Source: Terriglobia bacterium
GTDB taxonomy: Bacteria; Acidobacteriota; Terriglobia; JAJPHL01; JAPKYU01
Assembly: GCA_965218055.1 (NCBI GenBank)
Contig: CBDCKA010000002.1
Coordinates: forward strand, 1,056,695-1,120,694
DNA: 64,000 nt
Direction: 5' to 3'
Below are positions 29,627-40,498 of this stretch, one piece after another. The position numbers and the translations under genes were made by a program. Under the pieces are notes generated by a model. It saw nothing but the letters and a program-made list of their open reading frames with translations. It had not been told where the DNA came from and ran no database searches. How positions within the stretch are numbered: position 1 is the stretch's first letter; each line of letters opens with the position of its first letter.

Positions 29627-29645
29627 TTCCACTCGATGAGGGGTT

Positions 29646-30344
29646 ATGGTGGTAAGGAAGGGAGCCTTACTACGCTGGCTGGAGAATCGCTATTTGCAGC
29701 GTTACCTTCACGGCAGTGGGATAGAAATCGGAGCGTTGTGGCGACGCTTTCCTTTGCCTCAGAACTTACGAGTTTGGTATGTCGATCGATTGAGTCGCGA
29801 GGAGTTGGAACGACACTACCCGGAACTAAAAGGCAGCATTGTGTCACCAGAATTGTTGGCCGAAGCCACGCAGTTGCCCGTGCACCCGGCGAGTCTAGAT
29901 TTTCTGATCGCCAGTCATGTCCTCGAGCACCTGCCTTTCCCATTGATGGCGCTGCAGTATTGGTACGAGGCTCTAGCACCGGGAGGAGTCTTGTTGCTCA
30001 AAGTGCCCGACAAGCGGTATACATTCGATTTTCATCGCTCACGGACACCACTGGCTCATTTGGTAGATGAGCACCATAACCCGAAGCGGTTTGACTATCG
30101 TGCCCATTACGCCGACTGGGTAGAAGGTGGTGGCCACAACCATTCAATGCCAGGGTTTGAACAAGCAGTCCAGGATCTGATGGATCAGGATTACAGCATC
30201 CACTTCCATGTTTGGATCGACGAGGACGTGAGAGAAATTGTTAACTTTACCCATCAGAGTTGGCGGCTGGAGTGGGAGCCGGTGGTGTTCTGGGGCGCGC
30301 ACTTCTACCGCAAAGAGACGACGGTACTTCTTCTACGGAAATAG
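29646..30344 (+). CDS. methyltransferase type 11-like protein
   Basis: GIEIGA, IASHVLEH, VPDKRYTFD. Confidence 0.75.
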   Translation: MVVRKGALLRWLENRYLQRYLHGSGIEIGALWRRFPLPQNLRVWYVDRLSREELERHYPELKGSIVSPELLAEATQLPVHPASLDFLIASHVLEHLPFPLMALQYWYEALAPGGVLLLKVPDKRYTFDFHRSRTPLAHLVDEHHNPKRFDYRAHYADWVEGGGHNHSMPGFEQAVQDLMDQDYSIHFHVWIDEDVREIVNFTHQSWRLEWEPVVFWGAHFYRKETTVLLLRK

Positions 30345-30644
30345 TTAGCTGAAATCAAAGTAGCACTTGGATGTATAACGCCCTATACGTAGAAGTGCCT
30401 GGATTCCCTTCGGGGAAGTAGACCTGGCGCAAAAGGCCGATAGTCCCCCCTAACGGGCTAGTGTCTACCTATGTTCGGGCGCTTGACCCTAGAGATCCCA
30501 GACCATAAAATTCCGCCATGCGTTTGTTGATCTCGTCCCTTGCAATTTCCCTTTCGATCGGGAACCTCGCCTTTGGCGCAAAATGTTCCTCTTCCCCCTG
30601 ATGCTGCAAGCCCCGCGAACGACAAAGTGAATCGCCAGTTGCCA

Positions 30645-32777
30645 CTACTCCAGCGGTTCCAGTCCGACATAAGCAAATACCACTGATAAAAGGCGGTTGT
30701 CGCTACCAAGCCTTGCTGCTTTTCCCATAGCAAATTCTATAACATTGACCTTTCTGCGGGGCAGGTCGTGCGGCAGGGGAGTGACGTGCCTTTTGCTTCC
30801 AGCCAAGTCTTGCTCGTCCAATTTGGCGACAATCACGCTATTGACGGAAACTTCCATTGATTGCCCAGTGATCCATGGGGGTATGTAAGTGTCAAACACA
30901 AGCTGAACCCTGCTTTCGGTCGGGAAAGAAAGATAGGCGCGGGCTAGCGCGCCCTCAACCCAGCGCTTTGGCCGTTCTTGGTCCCAAAGTGTACTGAAAC
31001 CCAGAGCGAAATGCGAGAAGCGCGGGTGATCCATTGTCAAGGCCGCAGGAGCCTCTTCTAGAGGGGATGGGGAAGGTAGAATCCAGGCTTCGCGGCTGAA
31101 TAGATCGCCACGAATGCGATAGCGCACAACCTTGGGAAGCGCCTCCAGAACAGCTTCCCATGCGCCTCCAGGTTCAAGCTCATACCAAAGGAATACACGT
31201 TCACGCTCGGAGGTCTCATTAAGACTAAACATGGGAATACCCGGGAATTGGCCATCCAGTCCAAAAGCATCGTTGATCGTCGCCGGGACGTCACCTATGC
31301 TCACTGGAGCACGTGAGAATCTTAGGGGTCCCTGCATTTTCGGCGGTTTCACCAATATAGCAGGGTTTGCACCCCCACTCACACGTGGAAGTATAACCGC
31401 GTCCCCCACAGAGTTCAACGATGGGGTGAGCCATGGGTTGCCGTGGTCGCTGTGCATGATGATCATAGTTTCATCATAAATGTCCAGTTGCTTGAGCTTT
31501 TGGACCAAGCGCTCAAGTTGCAATAAGGTACAGGTGACCTGGGCGCGTATGTTTTCGTAGTTCTCTTTTTGCGTCCCAACGTAGGCACAGTTCTCGGCAA
31601 ACTGTATTGGAGAATGCCCGCCCGCGACATGGAAATAGTTGTAAGAGCCTGGACGCTCATCGGTTGTCATGTTTTCTAGAAACAGATCAAAGCTCGCCGA
31701 ATAGGTACGCGTTGTTGTCACTAGCTGGGACAGAAACCACCGTTCGTCATTATGGATGTAACGACGAATCAGAACCGGCGTGACCTGAAATAAGGCAATA
31801 TCCAAAAGCTCAAGGCCGATCCGCCCCATGTGGGTGGCTTTTCCCGAACTGATCGCCTGTCCGTGGAAAACGTCCCCAGCCGTACAAGCCGTGTAACGCC
31901 CTACACAATAGGAACCGCGCCACTGATAGGCGAACGTCTTGAAGTCATGCAGGGCCAACGTGTTAACGATGGAGTGTTCGTTGAGAGTCGTCCACATGTA
32001 CTTATGAGTGAAAGGCAAAGATGGAACAGAGTCCTTCCCAGGGTCGGGGCCCCGGCCTGTCATGAAAAATGAAATCGAAGCAAAACTGCGTGGATAGCGT
32101 CCGGCAGCACGTGTAAACAAAGTGAAACCATCGAACACTTCAGAGTATCGATCGAAGTCAGAAGCCACAATCTCGTACATCAGGGCACCCGGGGTGTTAT
32201 CCGGCACAATGTGAATGACGTTGCGCTCTCTGGATAAGCGATAAAACTCCCTAAAGTAAGGGGATGGATCTTGAACGGTTCTTGCGGACTGTCGAATCGT
32301 ATCAAACTTGGTAATTGTCGCCTGAAGGAACCCAATACCATGGAATAGCAGTATGAAGAGCGAAACAGAATAGAAAAGCTCCTGGCGTTTCCTGAATACA
32401 ACAGTCAGAATTGCAAGGCCGAGGATTGCGGCTATTTCTATATGTGAGAGCGTACTCAGTTCTTCCCAATCAATCAATGTTCCGTCAAAGGGTCGATGTC
32501 TCGCGAGACCAAACAATATCTTGGATTCAATGAAAGTCACGACGCTGAGGAATGTAACGGCAGCTAAGAATATCTGAGAGTGAAGCTTGCCAGCACCAAA
32601 GTATAAGACGGCAATCAAACCGGATGAGGCAAGTAGGAACAAGAAACACAAGTGAGCGAAGCTCACTGAGAATTCAGTGACGTTGTTGAGAAATATGTGA
32701 AGCGGGGCAAAGAAGAAGACTTGAGAAACAAAAGCAGAAACAATCGCAATTACTCGCCCGTCAAGGCGCCTAATCAT
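30645..32777 (-). CDS. membrane-anchored sulfatase-like/alkaline phosphatase superfamily protein
   Basis: N-terminal TM bundle; NVIHIVPD, HSP, SDHG motifs. Confidence 0.75.
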   Translation of the reverse strand: MIRRLDGRVIAIVSAFVSQVFFFAPLHIFLNNVTEFSVSFAHLCFLFLLASSGLIAVLYFGAGKLHSQIFLAAVTFLSVVTFIESKILFGLARHRPFDGTLIDWEELSTLSHIEIAAILGLAILTVVFRKRQELFYSVSLFILLFHGIGFLQATITKFDTIRQSARTVQDPSPYFREFYRLSRERNVIHIVPDNTPGALMYEIVASDFDRYSEVFDGFTLFTRAAGRYPRSFASISFFMTGRGPDPGKDSVPSLPFTHKYMWTTLNEHSIVNTLALHDFKTFAYQWRGSYCVGRYTACTAGDVFHGQAISSGKATHMGRIGLELLDIALFQVTPVLIRRYIHNDERWFLSQLVTTTRTYSASFDLFLENMTTDERPGSYNYFHVAGGHSPIQFAENCAYVGTQKENYENIRAQVTCTLLQLERLVQKLKQLDIYDETMIIMHSDHGNPWLTPSLNSVGDAVILPRVSGGANPAILVKPPKMQGPLRFSRAPVSIGDVPATINDAFGLDGQFPGIPMFSLNETSERERVFLWYELEPGGAWEAVLEALPKVVRYRIRGDLFSREAWILPSPSPLEEAPAALTMDHPRFSHFALGFSTLWDQERPKRWVEGALARAYLSFPTESRVQLVFDTYIPPWITGQSMEVSVNSVIVAKLDEQDLAGSKRHVTPLPHDLPRRKVNVIEFAMGKAARLGSDNRLLSVVFAYVGLEPLE

Positions 32778-32899
32778 GAGTGTATGCCCTGCCTCATGGG
32801 TCCTGAAGTACCCTGAAGCTTTTTGCCGGAATTAACTTGTTGGCTCTGCGACGGTTAAGAGTATACACGCGTTTGCCCCCAGTGGAGCCCTCCGAGGGC

Positions 32900-33000
32900 A
32901 CACGCCGCCAGAGATTCCCCAAGTTATAGGCAATCACGCTCAGGCACAGCCGCACCTCGTCGGACCGGAATCGATGGCAGGAAAGGCGGGTCCAGCTCAC
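32900..33000 (-). pseudogene. IS1380-family transposase fragment
   Basis: WTRLSCHRFRSDEVRLCLSVIAYNLGNLWRR. Confidence 0.75.
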
Positions 33001-33030
33001 TGTCAGGCCATAGGAGAAAGGCTTCTAACC

Positions 33031-33099
33031 CACTTGTCCGGTTTGCCGACTATACGTCCAAGTGACCGCTGACGTTAGAGGAGGAGCCGCAAGGCGCTG
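33031..33099. repeat. 69-bp structured repeat, copy A
   Basis: 63/69 identical to 38609-38677. Confidence 0.85.
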
Positions 33100-33120
33100 C
33101 GATAGTTTCTGAGTTGGTGG

Positions 33121-34569
33121 CTAGGCGAGGATGTCCTTCACAATGTTGCCGTGCACATCGGTGAGACGGAAATCGCGACCCTGAAAACGATACGTCACTT
33201 TGGTGTGATCGAATCCTAGAAGATGGAGGATCGTCGCGTGCAGGTCATGCACATGAACCTTGTCCTTCACCACGTTGAATCCAAGTTCGTCGGTTTCACC
33301 TAGCGTGATGCCGGGCTTGATGCCGCCGCCAGCCAGCCACATGGTGAATGCATTCGGGTGATGGTCGCGGCCGTCCGCTTCAGGACCTTGCTGCACCATA
33401 GGCGTGCGCCCAAATTCGCCGCCCCAGATGACAAGCGTATCCTGGAGCATGCCGCGTTGCTTGAGGTCCTGAATCAAGGCAGCACAGGCCTGATCGGTGT
33501 CTTTACAATTCTGCGTGATGTCCTTCACCAGATTACTATGCTGGTCCCAGGCCTCGTGGTATAGCTGGACGAAACGGACGCCGCGTTCTACGAGGCGCCG
33601 GGCCAGCAGGCAGTTGTTGGCGAACGAAGGCCGGCCCGGTTCTGCGCCATAGCTGTCGAGGACGCGCTTGGGTTCCCGGGAAATGTCCATCAACTCTGGC
33701 GCGCTACTTTGCATGCGGAACGCCATTTCGAAAGAGTTGATCCGCGTAGCGATTTCCGGATCGCCCGTCAGATCCAGACGCATCTGGTTGAGGCGGCGGA
33801 TTGCATGGACGGAGTCCTCCTGCAGCTCCTGGTCCACGCCCCCCGGGTTCGAAAGATAAAGAACCGGGTCGCCGCTGCCGCGGAACGGGACGCCCTGATA
33901 GACAGTGGGAAGAAAGCCGCTACCCCAGCAGGAATTGCCGCAGCTCGGGCCCTTTGAACCGGAGCTAAACACGACAAAGGCCGGCAAGTCCTTCGATTCA
34001 CTGCCTAACCCATAGGTGACCCATGCGCCCATGCTGGGTCGCCCGAACTGTTGCGAACCGGTGTTCATTAGAAGTTGCCCGGGCGCGTGATTGAACGCGT
34101 CGGTAACCATCGATTTCACGACGGCAATGTCATCGACGACCTTGCTCAGATGGGGCAGCAACTCAGAGAGTTCCGCACCGGCTTGGCCATATTTGGCAAA
34201 CTTGAACTTCGGACCGAGCAACTTGGAGCTTGGGTCTATAAAGGCGGCTCGGTAGCCCTTAAGCAGCTCCGGAGGCGGCAGCGTTCCGTCGAACTTGGCC
34301 AATTGGGGTTTGTAATCAAAAAGCTCCAGATGGCTTGGAGCTCCCGCCATGAAGAGGAAGATGACGTTTTTGGCCTTGGGGGTGTAATGCGGCTTTTTCG
34401 GTGCCAGCGGATCGGTCGGCACCAGGCTCGCCTGTGCTTGAAAGGGAGAAATTTCCAGCAAGTGACCCAGCGCCACCGCGCCCAGTCCGACGCTGCATTG
34501 TTCAAAGAACCAGCGCCGGCTAATCAACCTGGGGTCCCGGTTTCGATAACTACGATCCTGGTAGTTCAT
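33121..34569 (-). CDS. DUF1501 domain protein (sulfatase-like, Tat-type signal)
   Basis: [37 protein letters not shown]. Confidence 0.92.
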   Translation of the reverse strand: MNYQDRSYRNRDPRLISRRWFFEQCSVGLGAVALGHLLEISPFQAQASLVPTDPLAPKKPHYTPKAKNVIFLFMAGAPSHLELFDYKPQLAKFDGTLPPPELLKGYRAAFIDPSSKLLGPKFKFAKYGQAGAELSELLPHLSKVVDDIAVVKSMVTDAFNHAPGQLLMNTGSQQFGRPSMGAWVTYGLGSESKDLPAFVVFSSGSKGPSCGNSCWGSGFLPTVYQGVPFRGSGDPVLYLSNPGGVDQELQEDSVHAIRRLNQMRLDLTGDPEIATRINSFEMAFRMQSSAPELMDISREPKRVLDSYGAEPGRPSFANNCLLARRLVERGVRFVQLYHEAWDQHSNLVKDITQNCKDTDQACAALIQDLKQRGMLQDTLVIWGGEFGRTPMVQQGPEADGRDHHPNAFTMWLAGGGIKPGITLGETDELGFNVVKDKVHVHDLHATILHLLGFDHTKVTYRFQGRDFRLTDVHGNIVKDILA

Positions 34570-34598
34570 GGCTAGGCGACCTTTATTCTTTGGTGCCG

Positions 34599-37500
34599 CT
34601 ATTCCTTGGTGATAGTTTCATCCAGATTCAACAGGACACGAGTGATGGCAGTCCATGCGGCAAGCTGGACTGGAGTGGTGCTCTTCGGAAGTTGTGGCTG
34701 CTGCGTCGAGTCGTAACCCGCCAAATCCCACGGGCTTAACCATCCATCCGCAAGACGCTCGGTTTGCTTGTGCAGCAGCGAAAGCGGCTCGGCGGCTTCT
34801 TGTTGGTTCGGTTTTCTAGCCAAACAGCGGCGGAATGCGTAGGTCAGGCGTTGCTCGTCGGTCTCGCCGCCCTCGTGAAGCGTTCGCAGTGCCAGCGCCC
34901 GGGCAGACTCCACGAACAGGGGTTCGTTCAAAGTCGTCAGCGCCTGCAGCGGCGTATTGGAACGGGGACGGCGGACGCAGGAGGCGTCCCCGTTCGGCGC
35001 GTCAAAGGTCTGCAACACAGGATAGAGAACAGAGCGATAGCGGAACGTGTAGAAGGCGCGGCGGTACCGGTCTTCCCCTTTTGCTTCGGGCCAACTCTTC
35101 GCGGAGTAGCTCGCCGGCGGGACAAAGAGAAACTCAGGGGCAGGCGGGTAGACACTCGGCCCGCCGATCTTGGGGTTCAGCAGACCGCTGGCGGCTAAGG
35201 CAATGTCGCGCACAATTTCCGCTTCCACCCGGAACCGCGGTCCGCGGGCCAGCAGGCGGTTATAGGGATCGCGCGTATAGAGGTCCGGCGCTGCCCGGGA
35301 CGACTGCCGATACGTTGCCGAACTCACAACGAGCCGGTGCATCGCCTTCAAGCTCCAGCCGCGTTCCATGAACTCGACTGCCAGCCAGTCCAGCAGTTCA
35401 GGATGCGACGGGGGCTCGCTTTGCTTTCCTAAGTCCTCGCTGGTGCTGACCAGTCCGATGCCGAAATAGGTTTGCCAGACGCGGTTGACCAGGGCGCGGG
35501 CCGTGGTCGGCGAGTTGCGGTCCACCAGCCACCTGCCGAAGCCGAGACGCGTCAGCGGCGCATCCTGCGGCATTCGATGGAGAAAGGACGGCACGCCCAG
35601 ACCGACCGGCTTGCCGGGTTTGAGAAAATCGCCGCGCGTCAGTACGTGTGTCTTTCGTTCGTCCTCACGGGCTTGGAGCACCAACTGCGTGGGTCCTTCC
35701 GGATGCTGCTGCCACAACTCAGCGATCTTCGCATTTTCCTCTTTCCACTCGGGCACGGTCGTGCGCCAGTAACGGAAAACGGCCTTCTTCTGTGAGGGTG
35801 TTCGCCGATCGAGCGGGATGGAAAGAATGTCGCGAACGTTTTTCGGCAGCGGATCAGCAATTGCACCGGGCGCGGTAGTCATGGAAAGCCGGATCCGGCC
35901 GAGGTTGTGGTTCTGATTCTTATCGGAGTCCCCGCCGCCGTGTTTCTGACTCAAATAAAAGGTGAGGATTGTTCCCGCGGGATTGGCAATGGGCGCTTCA
36001 GCCCTGAAAACGGCTTTGCGCGGTCGATTGCGGAGTCCCGGCCCCGCATCGATGCCCCAGGCCGTGTCGTCGTTATTGTCGATGGCAAACTGGATCGGAC
36101 CCGTGACGCGACGCTTGCCGCTCTTGTCAGCGAAGAACGCCGCCAAAGGTGTTTCGGGCAGTGAGATGTCCGCCGTCGCCTTGGCGATTTTGATCTTGGT
36201 AGCCTTGTCGGGCGCGCTGGTTGGGGCAACCTCCACCTCGAACTCGGTCAATGCGCCGGTTCCCATGATGGAACGGCCCGGTCCGCCAAGTGGCAGGTCG
36301 GGATCGTTGAGCAGTTCCAGCCGGAATGCTGTGATGTCTTGGACGTCGGTCTTCACCGTCATCTTCACGCGGTGTCTGGTGGGAGCATAGCCCTGGGCGA
36401 GGAAGGAGCCGTCCTTGAGCGGCAGATATTTTTGCCCACCGGTGGAGATCTCTTCAATTTGCGGTTTCAGGACGATCCACTCCGGCTGATCGCCCTTCAG
36501 CTCCTTTTCCCATTTCGCCATCTGCTGCCGCCAGTCCGGATGCCCGCGCCTGAGGCTGGCTTCGATTTCACTGATCCGCCGGAAAAGTTCCGCCCGCTTC
36601 ATTTGTTCTTCCGGGGTGTACACCCTGATTTTCGCCTCGTGGGAGTTGTTCAGAAACGCAAACATCCGGTAATACTCTTCCTGGGTGAGCGGGTCGTATT
36701 TGTGGTCGTGGCACTGCGCGCATTGGATGGTGATGCCCAGAATGCTCTTGCCGATAGCATCCATGCGATCGAACATGGCTTCCATCCGGAACTGCTCCGG
36801 GTCCACGCCGCCTTCCTCGTTAATCATCGAATTGCGCAAAAGCCCTGTGGCCACAATCTGGTCCTGCGTCGCGTTGGGGAGTAAATCTCCCGCCAGCTGC
36901 TCGATGATGAACTGGTTGTAGGGCAAGTCGCGATTGAAGGCCTCAATCACCCAGTCCCGGTAGAACCAGACCTCGCGCTGCAGGTCTTTCTCGTAGCCGT
37001 TTGAGTCAGCATAGCGGGCCGCATCCAGCCAGTGCTGCCCCCAACGTTCGCCATAGTGGGGCGACAATAAGAGCCGCTCGACCTGTATCTGGTATGCATT
37101 CTCTCTGCTGTCGCTTAGAAAGGCGTTGACCTCCTGGATCGTTGGCGGCAGACCAATGAGATCAAGACTCAGCCGCCGCAACAGCGTCACCCGGTCCGCC
37201 TCCGGAGAGGGGGACAAGCCTTCTTTTTCAAGGCGCGCCAGGACGAAGGAATCAACGGGGTTGGCGGCCCAATCCCGACGACTGACCTTTGGCAGCGGCG
37301 GCCGCTTCGGCGGGACGTAGGCCCAGTGTTTTTCGATCTCCGCAACTTCCGTGCCCACCCCCTCCGGCCACTTGGCTCCCTGATCGATCCAGGCTCGAAT
37401 ACGCGCAATCTGCTCTCGGTCGAGCGGTTCACCACCCATCGGCATCCGAACCTGGTTGCCAATCCCTGCCACGCGCCGGTACAGCGGACTTTCCGACGCC

Positions 37501-37787
37501 TTGTGGGGATAGATAACCTTTCCCGACTGCCCGCCAGCGAGCGCAAGCTTTTTCGAGTCCAGCCGAAGCCCGTGCATTTGCTGCTTGGGCCCGTGGCAGG
37601 AATAGCAAGACTTTTTGAATATGGGCAGAATCTCCCTGGCGAAGTCGACTTTGCTGGACGAAGCAGAATCCGGTATCCCTTGCGCCCGGACGTGCCGCCC
37701 CGAGTTCTGAATCCCGACGACGACGGCAACAACCGCGATCAAGACCGTTGTAGAAAGCTGTTTGCCTCTTATCTGTGCGACAGCCAT
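34599..37787 (-). CDS. PSD1 (DUF1549/DUF1553) planctomycete cytochrome c protein
   Basis: [52 protein letters not shown]. Confidence 0.92.
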   Translation of the reverse strand: MAVAQIRGKQLSTTVLIAVVAVVVGIQNSGRHVRAQGIPDSASSSKVDFAREILPIFKKSCYSCHGPKQQMHGLRLDSKKLALAGGQSGKVIYPHKASESPLYRRVAGIGNQVRMPMGGEPLDREQIARIRAWIDQGAKWPEGVGTEVAEIEKHWAYVPPKRPPLPKVSRRDWAANPVDSFVLARLEKEGLSPSPEADRVTLLRRLSLDLIGLPPTIQEVNAFLSDSRENAYQIQVERLLLSPHYGERWGQHWLDAARYADSNGYEKDLQREVWFYRDWVIEAFNRDLPYNQFIIEQLAGDLLPNATQDQIVATGLLRNSMINEEGGVDPEQFRMEAMFDRMDAIGKSILGITIQCAQCHDHKYDPLTQEEYYRMFAFLNNSHEAKIRVYTPEEQMKRAELFRRISEIEASLRRGHPDWRQQMAKWEKELKGDQPEWIVLKPQIEEISTGGQKYLPLKDGSFLAQGYAPTRHRVKMTVKTDVQDITAFRLELLNDPDLPLGGPGRSIMGTGALTEFEVEVAPTSAPDKATKIKIAKATADISLPETPLAAFFADKSGKRRVTGPIQFAIDNNDDTAWGIDAGPGLRNRPRKAVFRAEAPIANPAGTILTFYLSQKHGGGDSDKNQNHNLGRIRLSMTTAPGAIADPLPKNVRDILSIPLDRRTPSQKKAVFRYWRTTVPEWKEENAKIAELWQQHPEGPTQLVLQAREDERKTHVLTRGDFLKPGKPVGLGVPSFLHRMPQDAPLTRLGFGRWLVDRNSPTTARALVNRVWQTYFGIGLVSTSEDLGKQSEPPSHPELLDWLAVEFMERGWSLKAMHRLVVSSATYRQSSRAAPDLYTRDPYNRLLARGPRFRVEAEIVRDIALAASGLLNPKIGGPSVYPPAPEFLFVPPASYSAKSWPEAKGEDRYRRAFYTFRYRSVLYPVLQTFDAPNGDASCVRRPRSNTPLQALTTLNEPLFVESARALALRTLHEGGETDEQRLTYAFRRCLARKPNQQEAAEPLSLLHKQTERLADGWLSPWDLAGYDSTQQPQLPKSTTPVQLAAWTAITRVLLNLDETITKE

Positions 37788-37971
37788 TCGAATCGCAACC
37801 TTATTACAAATCAGAAATATACGCCCTCCACACTGTTGATGCAATTGCTTGTTGCCGAGGCCCGGATTGCGCTCCAGCAGGAAGAGAAGGCCAGCTAACC
37901 CTGTGTTGGTAAGGGTGGGCACAGTCAGGCAGGTATGGGCAAGCGTTTTGCTGCCAACTGCTTCAAAAGAT

Positions 37972-38000
37972 TGGTGGGCCCGGCTGGATTCGAACCAGCC
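37972..38000 (-). other. isolated tRNA 3'-half fragment (att remnant of a different tRNA)
   Basis: minus strand GCTGG-TTCGAAT-CCAGC-CGGGCCC-ACCA. Confidence 0.75.
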
Positions 38001-38286
38001 AACAATTCGCCCCAGCTTGTGAGGTGACCCTGGAGGTGCTGCCGCCGGGCAGCCAGTTCCTTGTCCGTTATCCCCAATGCCTCCCTCCAAAACCGGAGCC
38101 GCCTACCCAATCTAGGCCCATTTGCTCCAATTTGCTGTGGGGTACATTCGCCTGCTGGGTCCGGGGAGGTAGCCTGGGGCCTCCGAACCAGCCCTGGGTC
38201 GTACAAATGGGTGCTGCACCTCGGGCAGATTTCCCGTTTCCCCCTCGGCATCAGGACATAGAGCACGTCTGTACCGGAATTTCCGT

Positions 38287-38583
38287 CTATGTTGAAAACA
38301 CGGTTATGAGAGGCGTGTTTTCTGATGCCATCCGGGCTTCCACCGAGGCCAAGGCCGTGCTATTTGCATAATCGTCATGGCCGCCGCGAGGGTGGTCGAC
38401 CACTTTTCTTCCTCCTGGTTTCACCCTGCACTCTAGTAGCCTCAGCTCCCGTATGAGTTGGGGGTGATCTAGAAGCTCGATCCGTCCCTGTGCGAACAGC
38501 ACCTCCAATTCCAGGTAGGCCTGGGACTTCTCCTTCGCCTCTAGGTATTCGATCCCCTCCCGCGCAAAGGCCTGCCGCACCAA
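38287..38583 (-). pseudogene. phage terminase large subunit C-terminal fragment
   Basis: KSQAYLELE...GRIELLDHPQLIRELRLLE...VDHPRGGHDDYANS. Confidence 0.65.
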
Positions 38584-38608
38584 GACCTCTACCAGTTGGG
38601 TGGAGGGT

Positions 38609-38677
38609 CACTTGTCCGGTAAGCCGACTATACGGCCAAGTGACCGCCGACGTCAGAGAAGGAGCCGCAAGGCGCTG
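38609..38677. repeat. 69-bp structured repeat, copy B
   Basis: direct repeat of 33031-33099. Confidence 0.85.
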
Positions 38678-39418
38678 AAGATCGCAGGCTACACAGCTAA
38701 GCGCCAGGACGTGGGATTGCAGGTAAGCAGCATCAACCGTGAGTTACAGGTGCTGCGGCGGATGTTCTACTTGACCCAAGAGTGGGGAAAGGTGGAAAAG
38801 GCGCTGCCCAAGGTTCGGATGCTACCCGGCGAGCGCCATCGGGAGCGCGTGCTAACTGCTGAGGAAGAGACGCACTACCTCGGGGCAGCGCGGCCCTTGC
38901 TGCGAGACGTGACCACGGTGCTGCTGGATTGCGGGCTGCGCCCGGAAGAATGCTTCCGCTTGCGGTGGGAGAACGCTCGGGACGGCGGTCTGGAGATGCA
39001 ACACGGCAAGACGGAAGCAGCCCGTAGGCGAATCCCAACCTCACAGCGGGTGGCCGCAATCCTGGAAATGCGGCAGGGCCTGATAGAGAGTGAATGGGTA
39101 TTCCCAGCGCAGACTCGGAGCGGCCACAGCGAGCCTTCTAGTGTAAAACGGCAGCATCTCCGAGCCTTTAGAGAAAGCGGGGTCCGACCGTTCCCGCTCT
39201 ACACGCTTCGGCATACCTGTTTGACGCGCTGGGCGCCGAACATGGACCCCTGGACGCTGGCCTATCTCGCGGGTCATCGGGATATGGCCATCACCCGGCG
39301 ATACATTCACCCGCAAGAGCAAACCATCCGTGAGGCGCTGGAAAAGACGAGGAGTAGGCACAAAATTGGGCACACTGTGGCTTCTGGGCCCGCACCTGGA
39401 TTGCCCGCAATCAATTGA
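38678..39418 (+). pseudogene. tyrosine recombinase/integrase, N-terminally truncated
   Basis: INRELQVLRRMF, GLRPEE, GKT, YTLRH, AGH, TRRY; the N-terminal part of ORF 38600 is repeat-derived. Confidence 0.8.
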
Positions 39419-39434
39419 TGGGGAAAGAAAAAGC

Positions 39435-39511
39435 TGGCGCGCCCGGAGAGACTCGAACTCCCGACCTACTGGTTCGTAGCCAGTCGCTCTATCCAACTGA
39501 GCTACGGGCGC
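39435..39511 (-). tRNA. tRNA-Arg(ACG)
   Basis: GCGCCCGTAGCTCAGTTGGATAGAGC...CTACGAA...GGGAGTTCGAGTCTCTCCGGGCGCGCCA, 77 nt. Confidence 0.97.
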
Positions 39512-39586
39512 GCACTAGCCAGTGTAGCGGCGTGCCGATCATCAAGTCAACCGGGGGCGGACCGGGTTGGGAGGCTAGGAGGCTAA

Positions 39587-40300
39587 TTAGTCGAGGCGCA
39601 CCACGAAAGCAGCCAGCTGGTCCTGCCGGAGCCGCCCGGCGATCAGGGCGGCTCGTTGCTCGCTGGGTTCATTGCCCACCCAAACGCGGTAGCGGGCCCC
39701 GTCGCGGGTGAGGTTCAGAAGCACCGGATACTGCGGATAGCTGCGGGCGAGCCGAGCGCGCAACTGATCGGCATTGCGCCACTCGGCAAAGGCACCCACC
39801 TGCACGCTGTAGCGGCCGGCTCGGGTCCGTACGATATCCCGACCATCGGCGGATGAAGTGGAGCCATGCCCCGGAACGCGGAGGATTCTTACCCGCACCC
39901 GGGCCGTTCCGGGGCCAACCATGCGGATGGCTTTGGCCGCTTTCAGCGACAGGTCAATGATGCGGCCGTCCACAAACGGACCGCGATCGTTGATGCGCAC
40001 CTGCACCCTCCGCTCATTCTCCATGTTGGTCACTTCCACCTGGGTGCCGAAGGGAAGGGTACGATGGGCAGCCGTCAGCTTGTGCATGTCGTAAGTTTCG
40101 CCGTTGGAGGTCCGCCGGCCGTGGAAAGGATGGCCATACCAGCTGGCGCGTCCGTACTCAAAGTCTCCCGGCTGGACCGCGACGGGGGAGGGAAGTTGCG
40201 GTGCGCCCGCCCGGGTACGCTGTTTCTTGCCACACCCGGTGCCGCCCACCACCAGTAGCAGCGCCGCAACCAGGATCAGCCGAGCGTAGCGAGCGTTCAT
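39587..40300 (-). CDS. rlpA: septal ring lytic transglycosylase RlpA (lipoprotein, SPOR domain)
   Basis: ASWYG, TAAHRTLPFG, INDRGPF, IIDLS; VQVGAF. Confidence 0.92.
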   Translation of the reverse strand: MNARYARLILVAALLLVVGGTGCGKKQRTRAGAPQLPSPVAVQPGDFEYGRASWYGHPFHGRRTSNGETYDMHKLTAAHRTLPFGTQVEVTNMENERRVQVRINDRGPFVDGRIIDLSLKAAKAIRMVGPGTARVRVRILRVPGHGSTSSADGRDIVRTRAGRYSVQVGAFAEWRNADQLRARLARSYPQYPVLLNLTRDGARYRVWVGNEPSEQRAALIAGRLRQDQLAAFVVRLD

Positions 40301-40498
40301 ATTTCCGGATTTCCTGCTGGTCCTTCGCGAGCTGTCGCAACAGGTGTCATGCAACCCTCGCTTAAACTGTCCCATTCGTCCACGTCCTGCAACGCGATGA
40401 ACTCGCCTTCCCCTTCCTGCGCCTTCATTGAAACACACCCCGCTGCGGATTCCAGGACGGGCTGGCCACCGGGCACGGTACTATAATGGAACCGCGCA

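Larger units (their letters stand above)
28969..39453. mobile_element. decayed integrative element at tRNA-Arg
   Basis: 19-bp direct repeats, integrase remnant next to the tRNA, shared GGCACAAAATTGGGCACA motif near both ends. Confidence 0.75.

Noticed and set aside
33024-33081. Canonical attC site
   Set aside because: TCTAAC...GTTAGA is present, but the R-L spacing is asymmetric (1 vs 9 nt) and copy B lacks the R boxes
37972-38000. Second complete tRNA
   Set aside because: No D-arm or anticodon arm; only the 3' part is present
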